Virus record (IMG/VR): IMGVR_UViG_3300036773_000046 | Coordinates: 1 to 64,000 of that record | Source: a virus | Lineage: Duplodnaviria > Caudoviricetes | Length of the DNA stretch: 64,000 nucleotides | Direction: 5' to 3' (one strand) | Shown: positions 8,080-16,525 of the stretch, in pieces | Layout of the letters: every line of letters starts with the position of its first letter | Position numbering within the stretch: the stretch's first letter is position 1 | The notes under the pieces: model-generated | Seen by the model: the letters and a program-made list of their open reading frames with translations, nothing else | What the model was told of the DNA's origin: nothing | The model's database searches: none | Position numbers and translations under genes: made by a program

Positions 8080-10655
8080 GACGGCGTTCCCGACTCTCTG
8101 CCAGATACTAAAACCTTACCAGTTCGCCCGCTAATGACAAGGGCATTCTCACGTCCACCGATGAACTGCGTGGCCTCACGACCGTGAACAACGATGAGAC
8201 TGTCAGTCACCCGGTTGAGCAACGGCGTGTAGATGAGCACAGTTCCTTGGATCGCCGAAGATGCGAGCTCGACGTTACCCTGTGCCGACACCGATGGGTT
8301 CCAGACGCGCGCCGCCGCCATAATGGTAGGCGCCGCAGGCACGGCATCGCTGGTGAAGGTGCCGGGCAAAATTGATGTCGAACTTAAGATTGTCGATGGG
8401 TGCAGTGTGATGTCGATGATGATGTGAGGTAGCGGTATCAAACTGGTTGTGCTGACTGCGGCCGCAGTGATGATGCTGCCGACGGATAGGTTTCCTGATG
8501 GCACTAACGTGCTGCCGAGAACTGCAGTCGGTGTGACCGTACTTCCCGTGCCGGCGATGATCACCGGAGGCGTGTAGATCGACGTTGTGCCGAGCACGGT
8601 AGTTGCTGCGGCGTCTATAGACGAGTGCGCTACGGGCGCCGTAATACCCGTGCTTGCGGCGATGATGCTGGGGAATACGTTGACGTTCCCGGACGCGATA
8701 ACCTGCGGAGTAGGAATCGTCGTTGTCACCGAGATCGCGGTCGCAGTGATCCGAGATCCGACCGACACTGTGCCCGCGAAGATCGCAGTAGTTGCATTGA
8801 CTGCGGTTGCCGTGATCGCCGCACTGCTCGTGATCGTTGGTGCAAAGATCGTTGTAGTGCCTGCGATTGCCGTTGCTGTAATCGCTACGCTGCTCGTGAT
8901 CACCGGTGCCGGGATCGACGTGCTCGCCGGGATCGCGGCGGCACTCGCGCTTGCGTTGCTCGTGATCGTCGGAGTGAAGATCGCCGTCGTGCCGGGAACG
9001 CGCGTAGGCGTCGCGGTGCTCGATGCCGACGTGACCGGAGTCGGAATGGTAGTGGTGGCCGCAATGGCTGATGCGGTGATCGCTACCGAACTAGTGATGA
9101 CCGGAGTGAAGATCAAAGTTGTAGACGAAGTCGCGACTGCGGCTACCGTCGAACCAACGTGCACGACCGGCGCGGGGATCGATGTGGTCGCAGAGATCGC
9201 AGTAGCTTGAACGTTGACGTTTCCCGCCGCCGACACTGCGGGAGTGAAGATCGTTGTGCTCGCCGCAATGACGGCGGGCGTCACGGTGTCACTGGTGGCT
9301 ACAGCCGGAGTCGAAACGCTGGTAGTCGCACTGATCGCAGTCGCGGTGATCGCTACGGAAACCGAAACGACCGGAGTCGGAATCGACGTGCTACTTGGTA
9401 CGGTACTCGGGGTGGGAGACGCTCCGCCTACGAGAACACCCTTGAGTGCGACCTGCAACACCGTCCATCGTGCAGACAAGATCGTTGCACTGACGTTGAC
9501 CGTCGATGTGTCCCCGGTGATTTGATCAGCAACGGTGGACCAGAATGCCGTGCTCACGTGCGTCTGATCAACGGGAACAAAGTTCCCGGTCCAGTTGCTC
9601 GGTGATCCACCGCTGATGCCGTTGGAGATGCACGCGAGCATCCACTCTGACGCCTGTGTGCGCGTCGTAGAGCCGGACACGGCGGGTGCGGTGCTGCCGG
9701 TCGAAGACTGCCCCGTTGCTTCGCCAGCGCTGTCTTTAGTCGATGTGGTGACGATGCCCGACGCGGCGCGTGCGATCATCGCGACGGTACCGGTAGCGCT
9801 CGTGAACGTTGCCTTGATCCAACTCACGCCCGCCGTTAGCGGCGAGGTGTTCACTGCGACGTAGCAGTAGACTTTGATGAAGCTGTTGCCGATCTCGCTG
9901 ATCTCTAGGTTGTACGTGTTCCCGGCAGAGTCAGTGATCCCGGTGCAGTCCGTAGTGTTGTTGGTGAAAAACACCACGATTGCATCCCCGGCAACCGTGC
10001 TCGTTGTTGCGGTGACTTGGTAACTCGTAGCCGCAGAGACAGCCGTTTCGGACTTCAAAACGTTGTACGGCGTGCCGATACCGACGCCAGTGATCAACGG
10101 ATTTCCGATCACTGCCTCGACATCGAGAACAAACGACTCGATCAATACCGAGCTGGTAACCGTCGGGGTTGGAATCGTAGACGTTCCACCGATAGCACTT
10201 GCAGTGATTGACGCGTTGCTAGTGATCGTCGGCGTCGGGATCGATGTCGTAGCTGCGATAGCACTTGGCGTTGCAGTCACCAACGTGCCGACCGTCGGCG
10301 CAGGAATCGTCGTGATTGCGCCGATCACAGTCGGAGAGATCTGCACATCGCTGTGCACTACTGCAACAGGAATCGACGTAGAACCGGGAACCACAGTGGC
10401 AGTGATGTTGACGTTCGTCACGACGAGCAGATAGCTAACGTTCATGACGGCGTAGTCGACATATTGCCGCGCGCCACTTTGCGAACTGCCTGAGTTGGCG
10501 AAGATCCTGAGTCGGAGGTTCGGCAATTGCGAGTACGTCACTCCGGTGAAGACAACTTGATCGATGTGATTGGGATCAGTAGAAGCTTTCCCGGATTTGG
10601 TGCTGCCGATCTGCGCTGTCGTTCCATCCCAGAGTTGGTAAGTCGGCTTATCCAT
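8076..10655 (-). CDS. Thr/Ala/Ser/Pro-rich repeat virion protein with internal beta domain (859 aa)
   Basis: Many imperfect repeats of about 19-20 aa (ITATAIAATTSIPTPTV). Located in the structural operon, with a GGTGAT SD-like sequence upstream. Confidence 0.7.
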   Translation of the reverse strand: MDKPTYQLWDGTTAQIGSTKSGKASTDPNHIDQVVFTGVTYSQLPNLRLRIFANSGSSQSGARQYVDYAVMNVSYLLVVTNVNITATVVPGSTSIPVAVVHSDVQISPTVIGAITTIPAPTVGTLVTATPSAIAATTSIPTPTITSNASITASAIGGTSTIPTPTVTSSVLIESFVLDVEAVIGNPLITGVGIGTPYNVLKSETAVSAATSYQVTATTSTVAGDAIVVFFTNNTTDCTGITDSAGNTYNLEISEIGNSFIKVYCYVAVNTSPLTAGVSWIKATFTSATGTVAMIARAASGIVTTSTKDSAGEATGQSSTGSTAPAVSGSTTRTQASEWMLACISNGISGGSPSNWTGNFVPVDQTHVSTAFWSTVADQITGDTSTVNVSATILSARWTVLQVALKGVLVGGASPTPSTVPSSTSIPTPVVSVSVAITATAISATTSVSTPAVATSDTVTPAVIAASTTIFTPAVSAAGNVNVQATAISATTSIPAPVVHVGSTVAAVATSSTTLIFTPVITSSVAITASAIAATTTIPTPVTSASSTATPTRVPGTTAIFTPTITSNASASAAAIPASTSIPAPVITSSVAITATAIAGTTTIFAPTITSSAAITATAVNATTAIFAGTVSVGSRITATAISVTTTIPTPQVIASGNVNVFPSIIAASTGITAPVAHSSIDAAATTVLGTTSIYTPPVIIAGTGSTVTPTAVLGSTLVPSGNLSVGSIITAAAVSTTSLIPLPHIIIDITLHPSTILSSTSILPGTFTSDAVPAAPTIMAAARVWNPSVSAQGNVELASSAIQGTVLIYTPLLNRVTDSLIVVHGREATQFIGGRENALVISGRTGKVLVSGRESGTPS

Positions 10656-10661
10656 GAGTGA

Positions 10662-12725
10662 TCACCGACTCGCTGCTGTTGCGTACGCGGCGGCTGCCAG
10701 TGGCGAATAGCTTGGGTTGGTCGGGTGAGTGATCGGCCACGGCTTCATGTTGCTCGCGCCGTTGTCGGATTCAAACATCATGGTCGCAACGACCACATCG
10801 CTGTTGGCATCCATAAGTGCAATGACGTCAACGAGGAAGTCTCGACGCGCGCCATCAGAGATACCGGGCGAGTACGGAGGATTGAGGCGTCGCGTACCAA
10901 GTTCACCGTACATGATCTTTTTGCCCATTGATCGAGCTAGATCAATTGAGTGTTGCAAGACGGTCGACGCCGTTTGTGCGGACGCATCGTCAGTGCCCCA
11001 TTGATACATGTCTCCGCCGATGAAACTAATACGCGACATATCCCAACCGGAGAACCATTGCTCGGCGGTAAGATCAGGATTCCGCCCCGGGATGTAGGTG
11101 CCACCTTCGAGCGTCGGCACAAGAAACACTTTGCCTCGTCCGTTCGCATCGATCACATCCTGCGCAGCGTTCTGCACTGCTCCCCAGTCGGCACCCGTGG
11201 CGTAACCCTTGGAAAAGTTAGGTTCGTGCGCCACCGAGAGATATTGCGTACCGGCGCGCGCGGCCAACATCTGCACTTGCGCAGCCGTGACGGTATTTCC
11301 AGGATCGAAAAACACCGCCGTGTTCGCGTTGACGTAGCTCGGCACCGTAGAGTCGAACAAACGAATGATCTTGAGATGGTTACCAGTTCCGACGAACGCG
11401 TTCGTAATGCGCGTGTACGCCGAAGACTTGGCTTCACCCAAACTCTGCCACCAACCGCCGACACCCGATCCGTACAGCACTCCGGTACCGGTGTTGATCG
11501 TTGGTGCCGTGAAGCTGACCGTTGCCGCAATCGCAGTCGCGGTGACCTTTGATCCAACGTGCACGATCGATGAGGTAAAGAAACTCGTTGTGCCCGGAAC
11601 TCTCGTTGCGGAACTCGTAATCGACGTACTCACTGCCGTAGCATTGATCGCGGTCGTTCCGGGCACACGTGTCGGAGAGATCGACACACCACTTCCGAAT
11701 GATCCAGGATAAAGAGACGTCGAGCCGGGTACAGCACTTGCCGTCACGGATGCATTTTTTGCCACGACCGGAGTTGATATTGACGACGTAGAACTGATCG
11801 ATGATGCAACAATGCCGATCTTCGTCTCGTCATAGAACGCGTTGACCGTTACGTAAACTGCATTGATCGTATCGGTTGGGTGCACTTCGGTAAACGAACC
11901 AAACCCAGAGATCTCTAGTACCGACGACGAAACACCGGCAGCGACAGTTGGTTCCGGTATCGAGGTAGTGGATGCAATAGCCGTAGGCGTTGCGGTGGCG
12001 GCGGTACTAACAGTTGGTGCCAGTACCGACGTAGTGACGGCAATAGCCGTAGGTGTTGCAGTGGCATTAGTGCTAGCAGGCGCAAGTGCGATGATCCAAC
12101 CGTTGGATCGATGATTCACCGTGACGGTTGCCGTTGGTGCGGACTGCGAAACACCGGCCTGCCCGACTAGCTGCTTATGCCCTGCCCATAAGCCGACGTT
12201 GGACGCAGTTAGAAAGCCGTCTTGATCATCTGCGTCTTCAGTCCAGCCGCTCGGCGGCGTCGTTGTGAACGTGCCCTGTGCCGATGTGGTAGTGATGCCT
12301 GCGAGTGCTACAAGCATGCAATCGTTCGCAACAGGAGTGATCGCCGACATCACAAGGTTGCCGTCGGCAGTATCGTCGCTGAAAGACACCGGAGTTTGAT
12401 CTTGTGACAAGCTGTCTGCGATCAACAGAATCACTGACCATCTCGGCGCGGCACCAAACGTTCCCGACCACGTAGTTCCACCCTCAGTGCCATCAGACGT
12501 ACGAGTAAAGAGCCACGTCACGCAGTTCGTAGCGCTGAGCGGACCGAGTGGTGAATCAGACGTGGCTGTCCAACCACTCGGCGGAGTGAGTGTGGTGTTC
12601 ACATTCGCCTGCACGAGCAGATACATAAGATCACCAGACACAGGCGCAGACCCACCGGATGGAATGGTGATCGACGGAGTACCGCCTGCGGTGGTAGACG
12701 CATGACTAGTGACGTTGATCGTCAT
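10662..12725 (-). CDS. Virion protein: beta domain + Thr-rich repeats + C-terminal clan GH-A (GH26-like) glycoside hydrolase domain
   Basis: TAATG coupling at 12725. The C-terminal TIM-barrel-like region has SVAHEPN (acid/base), FIGGDMYQW and IMYGELG (nucleophile). Confidence 0.65.
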   Translation of the reverse strand: MTINVTSHASTTAGGTPSITIPSGGSAPVSGDLMYLLVQANVNTTLTPPSGWTATSDSPLGPLSATNCVTWLFTRTSDGTEGGTTWSGTFGAAPRWSVILLIADSLSQDQTPVSFSDDTADGNLVMSAITPVANDCMLVALAGITTTSAQGTFTTTPPSGWTEDADDQDGFLTASNVGLWAGHKQLVGQAGVSQSAPTATVTVNHRSNGWIIALAPASTNATATPTAIAVTTSVLAPTVSTAATATPTAIASTTSIPEPTVAAGVSSSVLEISGFGSFTEVHPTDTINAVYVTVNAFYDETKIGIVASSISSTSSISTPVVAKNASVTASAVPGSTSLYPGSFGSGVSISPTRVPGTTAINATAVSTSITSSATRVPGTTSFFTSSIVHVGSKVTATAIAATVSFTAPTINTGTGVLYGSGVGGWWQSLGEAKSSAYTRITNAFVGTGNHLKIIRLFDSTVPSYVNANTAVFFDPGNTVTAAQVQMLAARAGTQYLSVAHEPNFSKGYATGADWGAVQNAAQDVIDANGRGKVFLVPTLEGGTYIPGRNPDLTAEQWFSGWDMSRISFIGGDMYQWGTDDASAQTASTVLQHSIDLARSMGKKIMYGELGTRRLNPPYSPGISDGARRDFLVDVIALMDANSDVVVATMMFESDNGASNMKPWPITHPTNPSYSPLAAAAYATAASR

Positions 12726-13936
12726 TAGGGCACCGCCCACACGGCGTACTGATCATCGTTGCTGCCCGTGGCAAGCGTGACGTTCACCCACACGCCCGAT
12801 CCACCGCCAAGATCACTTGCGCTGCCGCCGTAGTGCACACTCGACAACGACGTACCCCACGCAGGCAGGTACACCGCAGTCATAGGGATGATCGAAATCG
12901 GGAAGATCGACACTCCGGTAGGAATCGACGGCGCGAACAACGCACTCGTTGCGGAAATCGAAACCGAAGTGATAACCACGCTTTCACTGACCGTCGGCGT
13001 CGGGATCGACGTCGAGCCGGGGACAGCCGTAACGCTGGTGATCGGAAGTTTCGGGACCAGAATCGATGTGCTCGCGCCGATAGCTGTAGCCGAGATCTTG
13101 TCAACACTTGGCGTAGGCAGCGATGACGTTGCCGCAATCGCGGTAGGTGTGACATTGGTAGACAGGGTGACTGATGGTGTCGGTACCGACGTCGTTGCGG
13201 CGATCGCCGTCGGCGTTGCCGTCGCGTTCGTTCCTGCCGGACCGATGAAGCCATCCGTCGTTGCAGCAACGTCATCAATGTATGCGTTGAACGTCGCTAG
13301 CGAGGTGGGAAGCCCGAACCGTGCTTCGCCGATCACGGCGGTAAGTGCGGCAGAGCCAGACACGGCCAATTGCTCAGTGAAGCTGCCTACCGCTGATTCA
13401 AGATCCGCACCCGCGAACAACCGGCAGTCTACCGACCCGGTTGTCGTTGAAGGCGTCACACTAATATCAACTCGATACCACGTGTTGAGCGAAAGGTGTG
13501 TAGTGCCGGTGGTCAGCACCGTTGTGCCGTTAGATGCAACCGTGCGTAGCGTCGTGTTATTGGATGCCTTAGAAAGCTGCACCGCCATAGTGAGGGTGCC
13601 GCCACCGACGGCGTCAAAGAAACTAAACAACCTACGTGCGACGCCATTAGCCGGGAATGAGGTGCAGTAGAAGTAGAAGCGCGCGTAATGTGTGGCGGTT
13701 GACGATGCTCCGAGCGTTGTAGTGTTCCAGCCGAAATATGCAGTTCCAGCGGTAGAACCTACGGAACAAAGAATTGCCGTCGAACCGAGATGGGAATGCG
13801 TAGCGCTATAAGTGAGAGTGTTTCCGGATCCCGAGACGACCGCAGTATCGAATTGATCAGGGCCACCCGAATTACTGGTAGAGACGGCGGTGGTGTCCGT
13901 GCCCTCGCAGGTATTACTGGTAACCGCCATGATCAC
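12725..13936 (-). CDS. Virion protein with LamG/concanavalin-like N-domain and Thr-rich repeats
   Basis: Motifs YARFYFY, LNTWYRVDI and AYIDDVA, followed by TPTAIAATTS repeats. Confidence 0.65.
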   Translation of the reverse strand: MIMAVTSNTCEGTDTTAVSTSNSGGPDQFDTAVVSGSGNTLTYSATHSHLGSTAILCSVGSTAGTAYFGWNTTTLGASSTATHYARFYFYCTSFPANGVARRLFSFFDAVGGGTLTMAVQLSKASNNTTLRTVASNGTTVLTTGTTHLSLNTWYRVDISVTPSTTTGSVDCRLFAGADLESAVGSFTEQLAVSGSAALTAVIGEARFGLPTSLATFNAYIDDVAATTDGFIGPAGTNATATPTAIAATTSVPTPSVTLSTNVTPTAIAATSSLPTPSVDKISATAIGASTSILVPKLPITSVTAVPGSTSIPTPTVSESVVITSVSISATSALFAPSIPTGVSIFPISIIPMTAVYLPAWGTSLSSVHYGGSASDLGGGSGVWVNVTLATGSNDDQYAVWAVP

Positions 13937-13972
13937 CTACCTCGCGAGGTGGCGACGTTGGCACTCAGCGGA

Positions 13973-14428
13973 TTAGTGCAGAGTGATACGTGCCAAGCCG
14001 TTAGCATCCCAAGTAACGGCGAACGTTCCGGAGACAGTCGAATAGTCCGCGCCGAACGTGATCGCCATGATCACGGCCTTTGGCGACAGGGTGTTGTCGT
14101 AGATCGCGCAGCCACGCACGTTAGTAAGTGTGGTCGCCGCTTGCGATACGTCGTTGGCATCGAACATCACACCGACGGTGCTCACGAGTGTCATCGTCGG
14201 TGATCCCAGTGCGACGCCGCCAGCAGCCCAGCCGGTGCCCGAGACCTCGTTGGCGTTGTACGGCGCAACGTTGTACGTCGCAGGGTCCGTGTCTTGCGAG
14301 TTGGTCAACGTGTTGTTGAACAACGCAATGTTGATCGTGTCAGGCGAAGTGCCACCCCAGTTGAGCGCAATTGCGTTTTTGAACGCGTCGCGGATTGTCG
14401 CCGACTGGATCAACGAGGTAATTGCCAT
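13973..14428 (-). CDS. Conserved small virion structural protein
   Basis: Motifs DTINIAL, NEVSGTGW.AGG and FDANDV..GTFAVTW, as seen in phage minor structural proteins. Confidence 0.6.
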   Translation of the reverse strand: MAITSLIQSATIRDAFKNAIALNWGGTSPDTINIALFNNTLTNSQDTDPATYNVAPYNANEVSGTGWAAGGVALGSPTMTLVSTVGVMFDANDVSQAATTLTNVRGCAIYDNTLSPKAVIMAITFGADYSTVSGTFAVTWDANGLARITLH

Positions 14429-14437
14429 GATGGTTCC

Positions 14438-14644
14438 CTATCCATTCGATGAACTGACGGTTGCTCCGCCACCAACGGACATTCCTCCGGTGGCGCGATT
14501 ACCCGCGCGGTACCGTGCAAGCTCGACGGCGGCTTGATCATGAGCCTGAAGATTTTCTTGCGTCGGCTCTGACACATGATCAGACGCTGCCTTGTTGAGA
14601 TTGCTGATCAATTCTTCAAGCCTCGCATCAGCCATAGCCGTCAC
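14438..14644 (-). CDS. Hypothetical protein
   Basis: 68 aa, coupled to its neighbours. Confidence 0.55.
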   Translation of the reverse strand: MTAMADARLEELISNLNKAASDHVSEPTQENLQAHDQAAVELARYRAGNRATGGMSVGGGATVSSSNG

Positions 14645-14856
14645 ATCTCCACAATCTTTGGACGTAGCTCGACGTCCTGTCGTTGGCTTACCGCCGTGCC
14701 AGGCTTTGAGTGCTCGACCACGGTGTTGTCGTGTTCATCGGTAGTTGCCTTGTAGGGCAGCCCCGACTCCGGGTGCACGCGCCCCTCCACGATCGTAGAG
14801 CGCGTGCGCTTGCTGATCACCCCAATGGTGAGCAACTTCTCCCGGAACTCGTTCAT
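14641..14856 (-). CDS. Hypothetical protein
   Basis: 71 aa with a good RBS (AAGGGAG). Confidence 0.6.
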   Translation of the reverse strand: MNEFREKLLTIGVISKRTRSTIVEGRVHPESGLPYKATTDEHDNTVVEHSKPGTAVSQRQDVELRPKIVEM

Positions 14857-14868
14857 CAGTTTGCTCCC

Positions 14869-15543
14869 TTACGCTAGAATGACCGAACCACACGCGGCGG
14901 TCGGCGGCGCGTTGGTCGTGATGTTCCACAGCCAGTGCTCGGTGGTTAGCGCCGCAGGCGTACCGGTGGGCAGCCACGTCGATGCACCCGGGCCGTCAAA
15001 CCACTGCGACGACGCGGCGGCGGTGTCGCAGATGAAGCTCAACGTCGAGCGCGCGTTGCTGACGTTGTACGCACCCACCTGCGTGTTGTAGCAGTGCGGC
15101 CACGCGTTGTACACGTACTGCGCAAGACCCGCGGCGTTGCACGCGCCCGCGCCTGCCACGCGCTGCCACACCTCCATCGAGTAGTGCGCGCTCGACGGGC
15201 CCTCGGACAACGCAAAGCCCATGCCGCTAACGGGTGCCGACGTGACGAGCTCACGTGCGGACAGCACGTACGGCATCATGTCCGGGTCCACCGTCAGGAG
15301 GTCCGTCTGGAGCGACATGCGCTTCAAGATCGGAGGATCGACCTGGTTGACGCCAATGCCGCCGTCGGCGGTACGCTCGAAGAAGTCGGTGCCCGCCTCG
15401 TACTGCGGCGTCATTGCGACCTGGGTGAACAGGTTGGTGACGACGACGTGACTCGACGCGCCGGTGACGGGGTTGCCGCAGACGTCCAGCTGAACGATGC
15501 GAATGACGACACCCTTGATAGGTGCGCCGCAGACTGATGCCAT
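14869..15543 (-). CDS. Major tail (tube) protein
   Basis: Resembles actinophage tail tube proteins (RIVQLDVCG.P, G.DF.ERTADG, Y.Y.AWP). Located after the capsid genes. Confidence 0.7.
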   Translation of the reverse strand: MASVCGAPIKGVVIRIVQLDVCGNPVTGASSHVVVTNLFTQVAMTPQYEAGTDFFERTADGGIGVNQVDPPILKRMSLQTDLLTVDPDMMPYVLSARELVTSAPVSGMGFALSEGPSSAHYSMEVWQRVAGAGACNAAGLAQYVYNAWPHCYNTQVGAYNVSNARSTLSFICDTAAASSQWFDGPGASTWLPTGTPAALTTEHWLWNITTNAPPTAACGSVILA

Positions 15544-15550
15544 GATTACC

Positions 15551-16480
15551 TCACGTTCCCTTCGGAACACCAAGTGATACTTGCGCTGCGAAGAGGCAGC
15601 AATCCCAGCCGAGCACGTAGGTGCGCTCGGCGATCATTCGCATCGTGTTCACCGCACGGTCCATCGCCTGCGCGCCCTGCGGGGCGCGCACGCGAACCTG
15701 CGACCGATAGCCAAACACGTTGCCCGTGCCGTACATCCAACACGCGTTTCCACTGCGGTTGGAGCCGTCAGGACCAGTGCCCTGGAAGCCAATGCCCACC
15801 GCCACCTTGTTCCCGTTCGCCGTGTAGAGCGTCGGGGAGTTGCCGGTACGCTTGATCAGGTCCCAGGCGTCGAGCGTGGGTAGCAAGATGTCGGGGACGT
15901 GGATGACGCCGACGCCTCCGTAGCAGTCTCCCATCGCGGATTCGATCAACCCAAGTGCGGTTGCCGCGTTCAGCAGGTCGCCACTTACACCCGTAACGTT
16001 CACCGCCGAAGGCTGAAGCAGCACACCATCCGAATCCCTCACCACGGCATTCGCAGCTAGGTGCGGGAAGACTACTTGCTGCCCACCAGCTTGACCAGTC
16101 CAAAACGCGTTCTCCACCTGCCATGGTTCGGCGACGGACAACGCGCGTTCCGCGGTCGCCTGCGCCTGCTGATTCCCCACGGGTGCGCAGTCAAACTCTG
16201 AGTACACGACGAACGAGGTGGCGCCACGCGTCACCGAGCTCACCGTGTTGGCGAGATTCGCGGGTGACGGCGGCGAACCCGTTCCGGTAACGGCAATGCA
16301 ACCCGCCGCGTACGTGCTCGCGCCGAGGTGCCCGGACGGTCCACCCGAGTCGCACAGCGACTGATACGTGATGCCCTGCATCCAGTGCTCAGGCGCGGGT
16401 GGAAACTCAACCGCAGTGAGTAGACCGAAGGGACTAGGAGTGTACGATGGCGGGTCGACCACCTGCCGCATACCCGCCAT
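15551..16480 (-). CDS. Second capsid protein (putative pentamer-type, Mycobacterium cluster B-like)
   Basis: 309 aa immediately after the major capsid gene, with P.P.GLL, E.A.E.AFWTG and AERTY.LGWDC motifs. The family call is from memory. Confidence 0.55.
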   Translation of the reverse strand: MAGMRQVVDPPSYTPSPFGLLTAVEFPPAPEHWMQGITYQSLCDSGGPSGHLGASTYAAGCIAVTGTGSPPSPANLANTVSSVTRGATSFVVYSEFDCAPVGNQQAQATAERALSVAEPWQVENAFWTGQAGGQQVVFPHLAANAVVRDSDGVLLQPSAVNVTGVSGDLLNAATALGLIESAMGDCYGGVGVIHVPDILLPTLDAWDLIKRTGNSPTLYTANGNKVAVGIGFQGTGPDGSNRSGNACWMYGTGNVFGYRSQVRVRAPQGAQAMDRAVNTMRMIAERTYVLGWDCCLFAAQVSLGVPKGT

Positions 16481-16525
16481 CGTTCACCTCGTCTCCTTGA
16501 TCGTAGCCACGTAGTCCGCTGTGGC

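Noticed and set aside
8076-13936. Diversity-generating retroelement, invertible shufflon or self-splicing introns explaining the modular virion genes
   Set aside because: No reverse transcriptase or recombinase is in the window. The repeats are degenerate at DNA level, and the intervening segments are open coding frames without intron-like structure.
13940-13965. Palindrome ACCTCGCGAGGT overlapping the RBS of 12725..13936
   Set aside because: It is a single short GC-rich palindrome with no U-tract and no second copy, which is too weak to call a terminator or operator.
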